Below, in pieces: positions 15,509 to 16,159 of a stretch of DNA of 16,159 bases; the first letter of the stretch is position 1, and every line of letters starts with the position of its first letter. This stretch comes from Archangium sp. (GTDB taxonomy: Bacteria; Myxococcota; Myxococcia; Myxococcales; Myxococcaceae). The notes under the pieces are model-generated. The model was not told where the DNA came from. It saw nothing but the letters and a program-made list of their open reading frames with translations, and made no database searches. The stretch spans positions 1 to 16,159 of the forward strand of contig JANLPS010000532.1 of assembly GCA_031367385.1 (NCBI GenBank), given 5' to 3'. The translations under genes were made by a program, and so were the position numbers.

Positions 15509-15646
15509 GGCCGTGGTTGATGAATGCATGCATTCAGAAATCTGAATGCAATGCATTCACGGCCGGCAAAGAGGTAACGAAAATCAGCGGTTCGCGTGCA
15601 GGTGAACGAAACGCATGCGTTCCCAAAAGCAAACGCACGCGTTCCC
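15509..15646. repeat. Two pairs of palindromic motifs, each pair with a 22-bp period
   Basis: TGAATGCATGCATTCA (15521-15536) and TGAATGCAATGCATTCA (15543-15559); AAACGCATGCGTTCCC (15609-15624) and AAACGCACGCGTTCCC (15631-15646). Confidence 0.85.
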
Positions 15647-15699
15647 CCTGTGTCAGGGACGAAGGTCCGACTCCTCGTTCTCGACGCTGAGCAAGTGCG

Positions 15700-16038
15700 T
15701 CAATCGCCGTCACGCCGGCACTCCACGAGATGAGTCGCGCCGCTGACGCTTCGAGCCAGGCAGGGCTGGTTGGCAGCCCTCTCTCGTTCGATACAGCCCA
15801 CGCGTCACGCGCACCGACGCTCCATCAGCGCGCTCGGGGGACGTCACGCAGGCAATCCCCCTGGAGAGGCGCTTCAATCGCGCGCACGCAGGCACTCCGG
15901 GAGGTGAGTCACGAGCTCGGCGTGCCCTTCGAGGCAGGCAGGTGCGACCGCCTCGGCCGATCCAGCGCCGACGTTTCGCGCATCGACGCCCACCAGCGCG
16001 CTCAATCGACGACAGGCACGCTCTGCGCGAGGCGAGTC
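15700..16038. repeat. Degenerate dispersed direct repeat, 37-nt core, at least 3 copies
   Basis: Ungapped copies at 15700-15736, 15874-15910 and 16002-16038, consensus TCAATCG-N4-CAcGCagGCaCTcCgcGAGgtGAGTC. Copies 1 and 2 are 30/37 identical. A weaker copy lies at 15834-15870. Confidence 0.75.
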
Positions 16039-16159
16039 AGTATCCACCGGTTCGCACTTCGGAGCAGGCCCCTGCGTGGGTTGGCTGCGACCGCCTCATT
16101 CCACGTCCGCAGCGCAGCGTCGCGGGCCTCCGCATCTCCACGCGCGTGCGCCAGGCACG

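Noticed and set aside
15517..15540. Hammerhead-ribozyme-like TTGATGA...GAAA
   Set aside because: The core should be CUGANGA, and stems I-III cannot be built properly. The palindrome explains the match.
15472..15895. Short ORFs 15472-15690 (+) and 15710-15895 (-)
   Set aside because: No RBS or codon bias. They simply run through the palindrome and repeat DNA.
15700..16038. Canonical CRISPR array
   Set aside because: The repeats are too divergent, the spacers are long, unequal and related to one another, and no cas genes are in the window. Kept as an unexplained repeat.
16002..16157. Possible 3' end of a minus-strand gene entering from the right edge (CLAHARGDAEARDAALRTWNEAV...PVVD*)
   Set aside because: Only 51 codons are visible, with no motif and weak codon bias. 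It cannot be supported without flanking sequence.

Overview
High-GC, gene-dense bacterial chromosomal segment, very probably myxobacterial (RecA1-type recA, stand-alone PilZ protein, Cys/Gly-rich lipoprotein, ACAA2-like thiolase). About 16 CDS. On +: 5'-truncated glutamate dehydrogenase, cNMP-binding protein, a 1053-aa mostly disordered protein ending in a tandem Sm/Hfq-like domain, and a PilZ protein. A minus-strand run follows (membrane protein, thiolase, Zn-finger protein, small conserved protein, S1C protease, rhomboid-like pseudoprotease). Then a membrane protein, recA, a Cys-rich lipoprotein, an orphan CpaF/TadA ATPase, a Cys-repeat secreted protein and an NAD(P)H-dependent reductase. 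No rRNA, tRNA, transposase or canonical CRISPR was seen. Best leads: (1) an Hfq-like YRHAV motif on a prion-like scaffold between two nucleotide-messenger receptors; (2) a sigma54 promoter before the recA paralogue; (3) a 65-nt hairpin occluding the lipoprotein RBS; (4) palindrome pairs and a degenerate 37-40 nt repeat array in the last 650 bp. Family assignments come from motif recognition and memory, not from database searches.
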